Shown here: in pieces, positions 20,672 through 30,296 of the stretch
Numbering within the stretch: the first letter of the stretch is position 1
Layout: each line of letters opens with the position of its first letter
Source: Pseudobdellovibrionaceae bacterium
GTDB lineage: Bacteria > Bdellovibrionota > Bdellovibrionia > Bdellovibrionales > Bdellovibrionaceae
DNA: 62,773 nt
Assembly: GCA_044359815.1 (NCBI GenBank)
Contig: JBIKLL010000009.1
Coordinates: 1-62,773 of the forward strand
Direction of reading: 5' to 3'
Notes under the pieces: generated by a model
What the model was told of the DNA's origin: nothing
What the model saw: only the letters and a program-made list of their open reading frames with translations
Database searches by the model: none
Position numbers and translations under genes: made by a program

Positions 20672-21239
20672 ACTGATTAAGCGCAAGCCGCCTGTGAGAA
20701 TGTTGATTTTTAAATCCATCCCCAAGCTCTGCCAAAGTTTTGGTTTCACCGTTGGGAACAAACACGGGGTCGTAACCAAATCCATGCAGACCAGAAGGTG
20801 TTTTAGAAATTTGACCTGAAAGCTTGCCTTCAAAAACAAATTCCTGATTGTCCTTAGCTAGGATCACCAACTGACACACAAAATGGGCCACGCGATTCAT
20901 TGGACTGCGGATTTGCAGCATCTTTAATAATTTTGCGACGTTTTCATTGTCGGAAGCTTTGTCGCCAGCGTATCTGGCAGAATGGATTCCGGGCAGGCCA
21001 CCCAAACCATCAACAACTAGTCCCGAGTCCTCGGCTAAAACCCAATCGTCTTTTTTAAGGGCTTTAAGGCTTTTGGCCTTAATCCTGGCGTTGTCCAAGA
21101 ATGTTTTACCGTTTTCAGGTGGGCTTGAATAAGTATTCAGTTCAGCTAAATCATGCAGTTCAAAGGGGGCTTTTTGCAGGATGATTTTGATTTCTGCCAA
21201 TTTGCCTTTGTTTGTTGTGGCTATCCAAAGTTTATCCAT
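20643..21239 (-). CDS. rdgB: Non-canonical purine NTP pyrophosphatase
   Basis: IATTNKGK, EDSGL, PGIHSARY, GFGYDPVF, SHR. Confidence 0.96.
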   Translation of the reverse strand: MDKLWIATTNKGKLAEIKIILQKAPFELHDLAELNTYSSPPENGKTFLDNARIKAKSLKALKKDDWVLAEDSGLVVDGLGGLPGIHSARYAGDKASDNENVAKLLKMLQIRSPMNRVAHFVCQLVILAKDNQEFVFEGKLSGQISKTPSGLHGFGYDPVFVPNGETKTLAELGDGFKNQHSHRRLALNQFIQKMNAQL

Positions 21240-21250
21240 ACAGATTGTTT

Positions 21251-21973
21251 TCAGCGAAGGTTTAAAATTCTGGAAACATGCTCTGACTGAATGGCAAACA
21301 GCTTTTCGCAACCAGAACGAGCGACTTCGATCATCGAAATAAATTGTTCTTGTGTGAAAGGCGATTTTTCGGCTGTGCCTTGAACCTCGATAAATTCGCC
21401 TTTATTGGTCATCACCACATTCATGTCTGTGCCGATGCTAGAGTCTTCGTTAAAATCCAGATCCAGCAAAGCCACTCCGTTTTGCAGACCCACGCTGATA
21501 GCTGATACATATTGGATCAAAGGCATTTTTTTAATTTCAGAAACAGCCAGCAGTTTTTCACAGGCTAACGCCAGGGCAACAAAACCACCAGTGATGGCAG
21601 CTGTTCTGGTGCCGCCGTCAGCTTGAATCACGTCACAATCCACTGTGATTTGTTTTTCGCCTAGGGCTTTCAAATCAACAGCGGCCCTGAGGCTGCGTCC
21701 AATCAGTCTGGAAATTTCCATTGTGCGCCCACTGGTGGATGCTTTATCCCGTTTTATCCTTTGGTGAGTGCTTCTGGGTAGCATTCCGTATTCGGCAGTG
21801 ACCCAGCCTGAGCCTGAACCCTGCAACCATTTAGGCGCTTGGGTTTCATAGCTGGCTGTGCACAGAACCTTGGTAGCGCCAAATTCGACCATGGCGCTGC
21901 CTTCGGCATAGCTTGAAACATTAGGTGTGATAAGAACTTTTCTGAGGTCTGAGTTTTTTCGATCTTTACGCAT
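21251..21973 (-). CDS. rph: Ribonuclease PH
   Basis: EISRLIGRSLR, DCDVIQADGGTRTAAITG, EVQGTAE. Confidence 0.97.
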   Translation of the reverse strand: MRKDRKNSDLRKVLITPNVSSYAEGSAMVEFGATKVLCTASYETQAPKWLQGSGSGWVTAEYGMLPRSTHQRIKRDKASTSGRTMEISRLIGRSLRAAVDLKALGEKQITVDCDVIQADGGTRTAAITGGFVALALACEKLLAVSEIKKMPLIQYVSAISVGLQNGVALLDLDFNEDSSIGTDMNVVMTNKGEFIEVQGTAEKSPFTQEQFISMIEVARSGCEKLFAIQSEHVSRILNLR

Positions 21974-21982
21974 GGCTGGGGA

Positions 21983-22732
21983 CTATAGACCTGCCAGTCT
22001 TTGGTTGTCCACCATTTCCTTAAATTGCAAAATGCCCATGTATAATCGCTTTGCGATTTCTTTTTGATAATCTTTTGTGTTTAATTTTTCCGCTTCTTTG
22101 GGATTAGAGATAAATCCAAGCTCAATTAAAATGCTGGGCATCTTTGCGCGACTGACTACATAAAATGGTGCCTGTCTGATGTTAACCTGCGAGGTCGAGC
22201 TCTGCTGCCAGATTTCAGCCATCTTGCGGGATAAACGGTGCGACGTTCTGACGGCATGTTGTTTTTTAAGATCAGCAATGATGGCTTGAACTTCTGATTG
22301 TTTGCTGATTTCTGAATTGTTTTTTTCTTTTACAGATAAATTATGGTTTTCCAATGATGCCAAATACTGCATTTCCTCATCTGTTTCAGCTTGGCTCTGA
22401 AAGTAAAACTCGACACCTTTGGCTTTACGGGTGCTTTCAGAATTGGCGTGCAGGCTGATAAACAAATCAGCGTTGTTGGACTCGGCAATTTGCACCCTTG
22501 TTTTAAGCGAACGGGTTTGATTTTTGTCGCGGGTTAAAATCAGATGCAAACGGTTATCGCTTTTGGTGACCTCGCGCAGTTCCAGGGCCACGGATAATAC
22601 CAGATCAGCCTCTTTCAGGTCATTTTTAACGGCGCCGTTGTCGATGCCGCCATGGCCAGGGTCAATGACGACCTTTAAAGGTTTGGCAAAGCTATTGGCT
22701 GCAATCAGCAGTAAAGGAATAATCCATTTCAT
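21983..22732 (-). CDS. N-acetylmuramoyl-L-alanine amidase (Amidase_3)
   Basis: VVIDPGHGG, FISLHAN, PSILIELGFISN. Confidence 0.93.
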   Translation of the reverse strand: MKWIIPLLLIAANSFAKPLKVVIDPGHGGIDNGAVKNDLKEADLVLSVALELREVTKSDNRLHLILTRDKNQTRSLKTRVQIAESNNADLFISLHANSESTRKAKGVEFYFQSQAETDEEMQYLASLENHNLSVKEKNNSEISKQSEVQAIIADLKKQHAVRTSHRLSRKMAEIWQQSSTSQVNIRQAPFYVVSRAKMPSILIELGFISNPKEAEKLNTKDYQKEIAKRLYMGILQFKEMVDNQRLAGL

Positions 22733-22775
22733 AGTTTGATTTTAGACTTAAAGGGCGATGATTTTCAGTCCAGAT

Positions 22776-22831
22776 AAAAAAAAAGCGACCTGGTTGGGGG
22801 GTAGGGGACCAGGCCGCTATGGGGGGGTATC
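22776..22831 (-). ncRNA. Candidate C-rich small RNA or leader ending in an intrinsic terminator
   Basis: Minus strand reads gata-C7-at-agcggcctggt-cccctacccccca-accaggtcgct-T8, just downstream of a sigma54-type promoter. Confidence 0.6.
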
Positions 22832-22840
22832 TTTAGGTAG

Positions 22841-22856
22841 AGCAATCTAAGGGCCA
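22841..22856 (-). promoter_or_regulatory. Sigma54-type -24/-12 promoter
   Basis: Minus strand TGGCCCTTAGATTGCT (GG-N10-GC). Confidence 0.6.
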
Positions 22857-23079
22857 GGTTTTGTGATTTTTCTAAAGTCTATTAGATCGACAGAAAATTC
22901 TGAAATTGAATATGTGAATTTCTAGGCGTGATTTAAGTCTGAGTGTAATGACCAACTTTTCTACAGGGGCGCCAAAACGGGTCTTTTTTTTTAAAAATCT
23001 TTGGCTCATTATGAGACTGAGTGTTTTCTGAAGTCCCATCATCCACTTATACTGTTAGCAGAACAAGAAAGAGGTATGT

Positions 23080-24387
23080 ATGAACATCCTTACTTATATG
23101 AATCACAAGTTTTTAGTCAGAGCGATTGGACTGGTTGGGTTTGCGTTAACACCCATTATAGTCGAAAAAGCTTGGGCCGTTGATTCAATAGAAGTTGAAG
23201 AAGCCATGGCTGATTCAGAAGCCATCCAGGCTGAGGCCAAGGAAGCCCGCAAACGTTCTGAATCAGAAAGAGCTCGTAAAGAGCGAATCAGAGCACAGAC
23301 ATCTAATGCTGTGGCGTCTGCCAGAGCTTCTGAAGAAAGAGCCAAGGCTGAATTGTCTAGAGCTGAAGCTGAAGCTGCAAAACACAAAGCAGAATCAGAA
23401 GAGTATGCTCGTCAGGCTAAATTGGCTGAAGAAAAGCAAGTTCAAGCCACTAAACAATTAGCACTATATAAAGAGAAGTTGGATCGCACTAAGGAGCTTA
23501 GGCAAGCTGCTATTGAAAGAAAAAATCTTTCAGAAAAATCTTTGCAGGGATTGCAGGATAAACTGAGAGGCTTAGATGAAGAAGCTAAAAGATCAAAAGC
23601 TGAAGCTGATGATGTAGCAAAGTCTGCTCAAGAATTGAAAAATCAAGAGCAAACAATGACCGCACAGGTTGAGCGCAGAAAAGCTGAATTGGCAAAAACT
23701 CAGATGATGAACCAAGCTCAAATTGAAAGATCAAGAGCCGAAATGGCAAAGGCTGATGCATTAAAAGCACGAAGCCAAGTTGAGCTGGAAAAAATCAAAA
23801 ACGCCGAAGAAAAAAGCAATCAAGAGCTAGAGACTATCAATCGTGAGCTGGCTAAGATGCAAAAAGAAGCTGACTCAATCAGAAATCAAACTGAAGTTGA
23901 GCGTAAAAAATTGGCTGATCTGAAGCGTGAAGAAGAAAAATCAAGATCACGCATTGGTGAAACCAAAGAAAACAATGAGCGCGAAAGAAACAACAACGCA
24001 AAAGAGTTGGCAACATTGAATATGGAAAATGCCAGACTGAAAAAGTCCATTGCTGATCAAGAATCAGAATTGCAACGAACTGAAAATGATTTAAAGAGAT
24101 TGCAAGATGAAATCAGCAAGGCCAAAGAAGAAAGAAAACGTCTGCAAGGTGCTGATGAATCAATCAAAAACAAGATTGATTCACGAGGCTTAGAGCTGGA
24201 AACAGCTAAGGCTACCTTGGAAGCAGAGAAAATGAATATCGAAACTCAAAGGCTAAAGCTTGAAACTGCGGCTTTAAAAAGAAGCCGTACAAACACTGAG
24301 CTGAAAGAGCGTGCTGCAAACACAGCTGGCTTAAACGACAAGGTCGAAAAAAAAGCAGCTCTGAATCCAAAAACAAAAAAGCGATAA
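23080..24387 (+). CDS. Exported or membrane-anchored long coiled-coil protein
   Basis: N-terminal hydrophobic segment then ~400 aa of E/K/A/R-rich heptads. Confidence 0.8.
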   Translation: MNILTYMNHKFLVRAIGLVGFALTPIIVEKAWAVDSIEVEEAMADSEAIQAEAKEARKRSESERARKERIRAQTSNAVASARASEERAKAELSRAEAEAAKHKAESEEYARQAKLAEEKQVQATKQLALYKEKLDRTKELRQAAIERKNLSEKSLQGLQDKLRGLDEEAKRSKAEADDVAKSAQELKNQEQTMTAQVERRKAELAKTQMMNQAQIERSRAEMAKADALKARSQVELEKIKNAEEKSNQELETINRELAKMQKEADSIRNQTEVERKKLADLKREEEKSRSRIGETKENNERERNNNAKELATLNMENARLKKSIADQESELQRTENDLKRLQDEISKAKEERKRLQGADESIKNKIDSRGLELETAKATLEAEKMNIETQRLKLETAALKRSRTNTELKERAANTAGLNDKVEKKAALNPKTKKR

Positions 24388-24395
24388 AACCTAAA

Positions 24396-24531
24396 TAACC
24401 GAAAAGAGACCGTACGACTTTTTCTGTCTACGGTGCGAAAAAAGCCAAACGATGATTAAAAAAGTTAATCGTTTGGTTTTTTTATTTTTCGCACCGTAGA
24501 CAGAAAAAGTCGTACGGTCTCTTTTCGGTTA
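24396..24531. repeat. Family B palindromic element, coreless short copy
   Basis: Perfect 47-bp arms 24396-24442/24485-24531 with aaaagagaccgta...tttttctgtctac; small inner stem 24445-24453/24468-24476. Confidence 0.92.
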
Positions 24532-25854
24532 GGCGGCTTTGAGGCTGTTGGCGATTTTTCGAAATGTGCCGGTGGGATAATTAGGCAGCTGTGTGGACAG
24601 ATATTTTTCGATTTCAATCTTACCCTCTGATTGCATGTACAGATGGACGACTTCCTCGGCAATGATAAATATCGCCGCCAGCGGGGCTATGGAAGCTGAA
24701 TTAAGCCCTCTGGGAAAGCCCTTGCCCTCGGCGTCTTCGTGGTGCTGAGTGATGATGGTAAAAACATCCTGAGGGACCTCTTGCATATTCATGACCATCT
24801 CGCCCGCGGCATAGGGGTGATTTTTAATCCGGTCAAAATCCAAAGCGCTTAGTTTATCGCGAAACATGTTTAATTGAGCCTTATTGCGGATCAATGCGAA
24901 CTCTGGTTTTGGCAATGCGATGTCGTGTAAAAAAGACGCCAGAATTAATTTATGAAAAGTCGATTCACTGGGCCAGTTCAGTTTCAAAGCTATGCAGCAG
25001 GCTACCTGCGCTGTCATTACGCTGTGACTGGAAACCAAGTTTTTATTCTTAAGCAGTTTATCAAACACCAAGCTTGAAAGCTTAGGGGATTTGCCAATGG
25101 CCTTCAGTGTGGCCTTGACCGATGACTGAGTGATTTCCATCACCTGAGGTGAAAAGCCAAAAGTATTAGTCAGACTTAAAACGGCATCTTGAGCTTCGGA
25201 AACCACATTCAAAACTTCTTTGGGATCGTCGTCTGTGCTTGAGTGAGCCAACCGATCCAGGTCTTCTTGCAGTTTGGACATAAAACTGTGGGCCTCTGAT
25301 TTGTGAACATATAAATACTCGAGCTTTTTAACATGCCAGATTTTATTCAAGTCATCCTTGGTAAACAAAGTGCCCTTTTTGAATAGCTTTACGTATTTGT
25401 GTTCGCCCAGTTTTAAATAAATGTCGCCCATCAAGGGTACAATCCTGAGCAGCAACGAAATGTGAATCCTGCAGTAAAATCCGTCCACCTGAACACGCAG
25501 GTCCTCGGGGCTAAAGTTTTTTTGCACTAACGACATTAATTTAGAGGGTTCATCACCCACGGTCATTTCGCCAATCAGATTTAATCCATTGTTCACGCTG
25601 GCCACGCTCAGATTTTTGCGACCAATAAAAATCATCGGAGTTCTGATTTGGTTTGAGGCTATGAACTTAAATAAATTATTAGACTGTTCGCAATCACCCG
25701 CCACAATCAGTTTGGGAGCTTCTTCGGATTTAATTTGTAACAAAGCTTTTTCCAGACTGTGCTCTTGGTGAATATGAAAACCCAATTGGCTTTCCAGCCA
25801 AAAAGCAAAAGATTTTAAACTGTCAGTTTCAGAATGAAATAGTAATACACGCAT
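24529..25854 (-). CDS. HD-GYP-like phosphohydrolase with degenerate N-terminal receiver-like region
   Basis: FLHDIA, HP, HHEDAEGKGFP. Confidence 0.8.
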   Translation of the reverse strand: MRVLLFHSETDSLKSFAFWLESQLGFHIHQEHSLEKALLQIKSEEAPKLIVAGDCEQSNNLFKFIASNQIRTPMIFIGRKNLSVASVNNGLNLIGEMTVGDEPSKLMSLVQKNFSPEDLRVQVDGFYCRIHISLLLRIVPLMGDIYLKLGEHKYVKLFKKGTLFTKDDLNKIWHVKKLEYLYVHKSEAHSFMSKLQEDLDRLAHSSTDDDPKEVLNVVSEAQDAVLSLTNTFGFSPQVMEITQSSVKATLKAIGKSPKLSSLVFDKLLKNKNLVSSHSVMTAQVACCIALKLNWPSESTFHKLILASFLHDIALPKPEFALIRNKAQLNMFRDKLSALDFDRIKNHPYAAGEMVMNMQEVPQDVFTIITQHHEDAEGKGFPRGLNSASIAPLAAIFIIAEEVVHLYMQSEGKIEIEKYLSTQLPNYPTGTFRKIANSLKAA

Positions 25855-25871
25855 TCATAAATGCTTCGGCA

Positions 25872-26969
25872 TTAAGTTAAAACTTTTTGATAGGCTAAGT
25901 GCGTTGGGTAAGCGAACTCTACCTTAATCTCTCGAGCTAAATCCAAGATCCCAGCCAAAATGGATTGTTGAATGACCAGCTCATCCGAAAGGCTGGTGAC
26001 CTTGATATGACAAACGACCAGAATCTGAATGGCAAAATCACCTAAATTGTTCAGTGAAACGGTGATGTCATCAGGGACGACTTCGGCCCTTTGTTTAAGG
26101 TCGTAACGGATACGGCTTATAAACTCTTCCAATTTTTCCTTGGGGGTTTCATAGGTCACACCCAAAACATGTCTGATCCTGCGGGCAGGTCGTGCGCCCA
26201 AGTTGTCGATTTTTTCTTTGGCCATCATGGCGTTGGGGATGGAAACCACAGATCCATAACCGGTACGAATGCGGGTTGATCTGAATCCTACATCCTCAAC
26301 AATGCCCTCGGTGTCGCCCACTCGAACCAAATCACCGACCTGAAAGGGTCTGTCCAAAATAATTGTGATTGAGCCAAACACATTAGCAGCCGTGTCTTGA
26401 GCGGCCAAGGCGATGGCCAAGCCGCCAATGCCCAAGCCTGCAATGATTGAAAATACATTGAAGCCAAAATTTTGCAAAACCAACAGCAATCCCACAATAA
26501 CAACACCAGCTTTTAGGGTTTTGTTAATAAAAGGAGCCAATTGATCATCAAGAGTGTTTTCAGTTTTTGCTACGACTTCGGTAAGGACTTTGCCAAAGGC
26601 ATCGGCCGATTGATAAGCCAATTGGATAAAGTTAAAGGAAAAAACGACCTTAACCATGGTAAACAAAAAATCATGAATGGAATCTGGGTAACCAACAGCA
26701 TTGATTGTGATGATCCAAAAAAATCCAGTAAACACCCATGACAATGGGTCTTGTAAATCCTGTGATAAAAAATAATATGCAAATCTGTGAACCTTGTTTT
26801 CAGACTGAGCTGATTTTTTAATACTCAGAATGATTTTCCTGAAAATCCTTCGAACAAATAAACCCAAAACCAATGCGGCGATTATGGTAAGCCATTTCCA
26901 ATTCGGAATAATAAACAAGGTCTGTTCAAAAACAGTTGTTAGATTTGACCCGTCCACAAAAGAGCCCAC
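25872..26969 (-). CDS. mscS: Small-conductance mechanosensitive channel family protein
   Basis: AGLGIGGLAIALAAQD, DRPFQVGD, GFRSTRIRT, FAYPT. Confidence 0.92.
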   Translation of the reverse strand: MGSFVDGSNLTTVFEQTLFIIPNWKWLTIIAALVLGLFVRRIFRKIILSIKKSAQSENKVHRFAYYFLSQDLQDPLSWVFTGFFWIITINAVGYPDSIHDFLFTMVKVVFSFNFIQLAYQSADAFGKVLTEVVAKTENTLDDQLAPFINKTLKAGVVIVGLLLVLQNFGFNVFSIIAGLGIGGLAIALAAQDTAANVFGSITIILDRPFQVGDLVRVGDTEGIVEDVGFRSTRIRTGYGSVVSIPNAMMAKEKIDNLGARPARRIRHVLGVTYETPKEKLEEFISRIRYDLKQRAEVVPDDITVSLNNLGDFAIQILVVCHIKVTSLSDELVIQQSILAGILDLAREIKVEFAYPTHLAYQKVLT

Positions 26970-27718
26970 AGTAATCCTCCGATCAGTATTCGGTAATATC
27001 CAAATGGTTTTAATCCAAATTGGTTCAAGATGTTGATAAAGAACTTAATCGCCAAAACCGCCACAACAAATGAAATCAGCATTCCCACCAGGCAAAAATT
27101 TAAAAACTGCATATCAAATTGCGAAAAAGCCTCGATGGATTTTACGGCTGAAGCTCCAGCCAGTGTGGGCACTGCCAGAAAAAAACTAAATTCTGTGGAA
27201 TCTTTTTTGTTCAGTCCCACAGCCATGGCGCCAATAATGGTAGCGGCAGCTCTGGAAACCCCTGGTATAAATGCCAAACATTGAAACAGCCCAATAATAA
27301 TGCAACTGGTAAGTGTCAGGCTGTTGATGGTTTTGGTTTTAGTTTTATCTTCAGGAAAAATTTTGTCTATAAACAGCAAAAACACTCCACCCAATAGCAA
27401 CGTCGTGGCAACCACGGCGGTACTGCCTAAAATCAGGTCAATATTTTTTTTAACGATAAGGCCAATCACGGCAGCCGGTAAAAAGGCTATCAGCAGCCTT
27501 TTGTAAAATTCGAAATTCCATTTGAATTTTTCAGAATACATAAACAGCACGGCCAAAATGGCGCCCAGTTGAATGATTATATTAAAGCTTTTAACAGCTT
27601 GCTGCTCGCTGATGCCAAAAAAAGCGCTGGTGATAATCAGATGTCCCGTTGAGGAAATCGGTAAATATTCGGTTAATCCCTCTACGATTGATAAAACGAT
27701 GACTTCAGTCCAATTCAT
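26939..27718 (-). CDS. uppP: Undecaprenyl-diphosphate phosphatase
   Basis: VEGLTEYLPISSTGH, PGVSR, EFSFFLAVP. Confidence 0.96.
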   Translation of the reverse strand: MNWTEVIVLSIVEGLTEYLPISSTGHLIITSAFFGISEQQAVKSFNIIIQLGAILAVLFMYSEKFKWNFEFYKRLLIAFLPAAVIGLIVKKNIDLILGSTAVVATTLLLGGVFLLFIDKIFPEDKTKTKTINSLTLTSCIIIGLFQCLAFIPGVSRAAATIIGAMAVGLNKKDSTEFSFFLAVPTLAGASAVKSIEAFSQFDMQFLNFCLVGMLISFVVAVLAIKFFINILNQFGLKPFGYYRILIGGLLWALLWTGQI

Positions 27719-27832
27719 GTGTGGTTATTCCAATTCAAGCAATGTGCAGAGTCAATTGCAGAATTTTGCTGATTGAATCAGAAATTTGCTTTTTAATTTC
27801 GGCACCACCAAAGGAAATGGGGGATTTTGCGT

Positions 27833-29446
27833 ATGAAGCGCTTTGTAGAGATTTTTCTGAAACATTCTGCGTTAATAGCTTTTTGTTTTTTAGCGTTAAC
27901 ATTATTTTTAACCACCACAGTTCAAGCTGAAGTTTTTTTGGTAAAATACAAAAGTACTGAAGGCATTGTCAGTATTCAAAATTCAGGTGCACAAATATTA
28001 GAGGTTCACAGGCCTGGTAAACTGGCCAAGGTTTATTTCGACGATCAGGTTTTAGTGCAAAGCTATTTAGCGTTGAGCAAAGATAAAAACGTTGAATACA
28101 TAGTACCCAATACAAAAGTTTATTCGTACGCAAGGCCAGTGTGGTTTGATGCCATAGAGGGGATTTTTAAAAACCCTTCGCAAACCGAGGCATTTTTTGC
28201 CAGGTCTCAGTGGGCAATTGATAAAGTTCAGGCCAAAGAAGCTTGGCAAAAAGCTGGCAACAAAGGTTCCAGTAAAATCACTGTGGCTGTGATTGATACC
28301 GGTGTGGATTACAATCATGTGGCACTCAGAGCTAATATGGTTTCTGGTTATGATTTTATTGGTAAAGATTCTGATCCCATGGATGTGACTGGTCCCAATA
28401 ATCCTGGTCATGGCACTCACTGTGCGGGTGTTGTTGGAGCAACTGGGGTTTCTGATTCGACTTTTGGGATTTCGCCAGAAGTCAGAATCATGCCGCTAAG
28501 ATTTTTAGGCAGCAACGGGGGTGGTGATACAATGGACGGAGTTAAAGCCATTGATTATGCCATCAGCAAAAAAGTTCAGGTTATTTCTGCCAGCTGGGGC
28601 AGCAAACAAACGCCAGATAAAGCCCGTCCTATCATTGAAGCTGTTCAGAGAGCTCAAAACGCCGGCATCGTGTTTGTGGCAGCTGCAGGCAATGATGGCA
28701 AGGACAGTGATATTGCAAATTTTTTTCCGGCCAATGTGGCGACTATAAATGTAGCCGCCAGTGATTCGGCGGATGACAGGCCCTATTGGTCAAATTATGG
28801 CCGTAAAAATGTTCATGTAGCCGCACCGGGTGCTGAAATTATCAGTACCTTGCCAGGAAATGCCTACGGCAATCTGGATGGAACATCTATGGCAGCGCCT
28901 TTGGTGTCGGGGTTGGTGGCCTTTTTGTTGGCTCAGGATCCGTCGTTAAAACCTTCACAGGTAAAAGCAATCATCGAAGCCAGTGGTGATAAAGCAAATA
29001 TCAGAACTGCCTGCAAATGCAGAGTGAATGTTTTAAAGGCAACCGAAATTGTCACAGGTAAATTGCTAGCGATTGAGCCCGCCGTGGGCAGTTTGCCCGT
29101 TGATGGTAAAATGAAGTTTAACAATATATATGGAAAGCCTCCGTTTAAATATTCTGTCAGCAATGATCAATTAGCTTCGATCGATGATTCTGGAAATCTG
29201 ACTGCAAAATCAAATGGCGAAGTTCAGGTTATTGTTACAGACAGCAGTGGGGCCAATGCGCGCACTCAGAACATAATATTGGGAGCGGGTGGTGGCACTA
29301 ATCCTCCACAAGATCCACCTAAGCCTCCAAATGACCCGCCTAACGACCCGCCAGATGAACCAGATCCAGAAAAATGTCCCTTTCAAAATCCCAGAGCTTG
29401 TGAGTACGCCTGCAAAATAGATCCAACTTTGCGGTGGTGTAAGTAG
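27833..29446 (+). CDS. Secreted subtilisin-like S8 protease with Ig-like domain, Pro-rich linker and Cys-rich tail
   Basis: VIDTG, GHGTHCAG, AAGN, GTSMAAP. Confidence 0.95.
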   Translation: MKRFVEIFLKHSALIAFCFLALTLFLTTTVQAEVFLVKYKSTEGIVSIQNSGAQILEVHRPGKLAKVYFDDQVLVQSYLALSKDKNVEYIVPNTKVYSYARPVWFDAIEGIFKNPSQTEAFFARSQWAIDKVQAKEAWQKAGNKGSSKITVAVIDTGVDYNHVALRANMVSGYDFIGKDSDPMDVTGPNNPGHGTHCAGVVGATGVSDSTFGISPEVRIMPLRFLGSNGGGDTMDGVKAIDYAISKKVQVISASWGSKQTPDKARPIIEAVQRAQNAGIVFVAAAGNDGKDSDIANFFPANVATINVAASDSADDRPYWSNYGRKNVHVAAPGAEIISTLPGNAYGNLDGTSMAAPLVSGLVAFLLAQDPSLKPSQVKAIIEASGDKANIRTACKCRVNVLKATEIVTGKLLAIEPAVGSLPVDGKMKFNNIYGKPPFKYSVSNDQLASIDDSGNLTAKSNGEVQVIVTDSSGANARTQNIILGAGGGTNPPQDPPKPPNDPPNDPPDEPDPEKCPFQNPRACEYACKIDPTLRWCK

Positions 29447-29560
29447 TTGGAATTTCATGGATGAGCAAAAACAAATATTTTCGAACAAGGAGTTAAGTTC
29501 TGAAAATAAAATCTAAAAAATTCAAATTAATAACAAGGTGTCTTTTTGATTCCACACCTT

Positions 29561-29576
29561 TGGCAAGTAAGTTGCT
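29561..29576 (+). promoter_or_regulatory. Sigma54-type -24/-12 promoter
   Basis: TGGCAAGTAAGTTGCT about 60 nt upstream of ATG 29635. Confidence 0.65.
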
Positions 29577-29634
29577 TTACATGTCTGCGAGTGTGAATTC
29601 AAAAAATAACAAACAAACCAACCAAGGGGGAAAA

Positions 29635-30231
29635 ATGAAAAAACTTTTACTAACAGCGATGACGGTGTTGATGGCTGTGGCAGCTCAAGCTGATGATGAC
29701 ATTAGATTGGGTGAACCAAAATACGGCGGCACAGGATGTCCTGCAGGTTCAGCAGCTGTGGCTCTGAGTCCTGATCAAAAGGAACTGAGCGTTCTGTTTG
29801 ATTCTTACACTTTGCAAGCTGGTGGAAGCAGTCCATCAACTATCGACAGAAAAAACTGTCAGTTAGCGATTCCAGTGCGTGTGCCACAAGGCTATTCTGT
29901 GTCTTTCTTTCAGGTCGACTACAGAGGATTTAACTCGTTACCCAGAAATGCTTACAGCAAATTGGACGTAACATATTTCTTTGCAGGATCAAGAGGCGTG
30001 AGAGCTCCTACAAAAATGTTCCGTGGTCCATTAGAAGGCAATTACCTGACTACAGACAATTTATTGGCTGAAGCAGTTGTGTGGAGCCGATGTGGTGATG
30101 ACACAATCTTAAGACTGAACACTGCAATGTTTTTGTCTAACAATACCAGCAGAGATGCATTATCGACTGTAGACTCAATCGATTTATCTTCTGGTTTGAT
30201 TTACAAAATCCAATGGAGACGTTGCAGCTAA
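29635..30231 (+). CDS. Secreted DUF4360-family protein
   Basis: YGGTGCPAGS, RKNCQL, VDYRGF, WSRCG, QWRRC; G-rich SD before ATG. Confidence 0.85.
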   Translation: MKKLLLTAMTVLMAVAAQADDDIRLGEPKYGGTGCPAGSAAVALSPDQKELSVLFDSYTLQAGGSSPSTIDRKNCQLAIPVRVPQGYSVSFFQVDYRGFNSLPRNAYSKLDVTYFFAGSRGVRAPTKMFRGPLEGNYLTTDNLLAEAVVWSRCGDDTILRLNTAMFLSNNTSRDALSTVDSIDLSSGLIYKIQWRRCS

Positions 30232-30267
30232 TTATTTTTGATTCTTAAACAAATCTAAAAATATCGG

Positions 30268-30296
30268 AAGGCTGGGGTGACCCGGCCTTTTGTTTT
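30268..30296 (+). terminator. Rho-independent terminator
   Basis: aaggctggg-gtga-cccggcctt followed by a T-rich run. Confidence 0.8.

Noticed and set aside
24396..24531. Simple bidirectional intrinsic terminator
   Set aside because: A 47-bp stem is far longer than a terminator and shares sequence with two other loci; it may still terminate transcription secondarily
24465..24662. 65-aa minus-strand ORF
   Set aside because: Overlaps the HD-GYP gene in another frame and the family B palindrome
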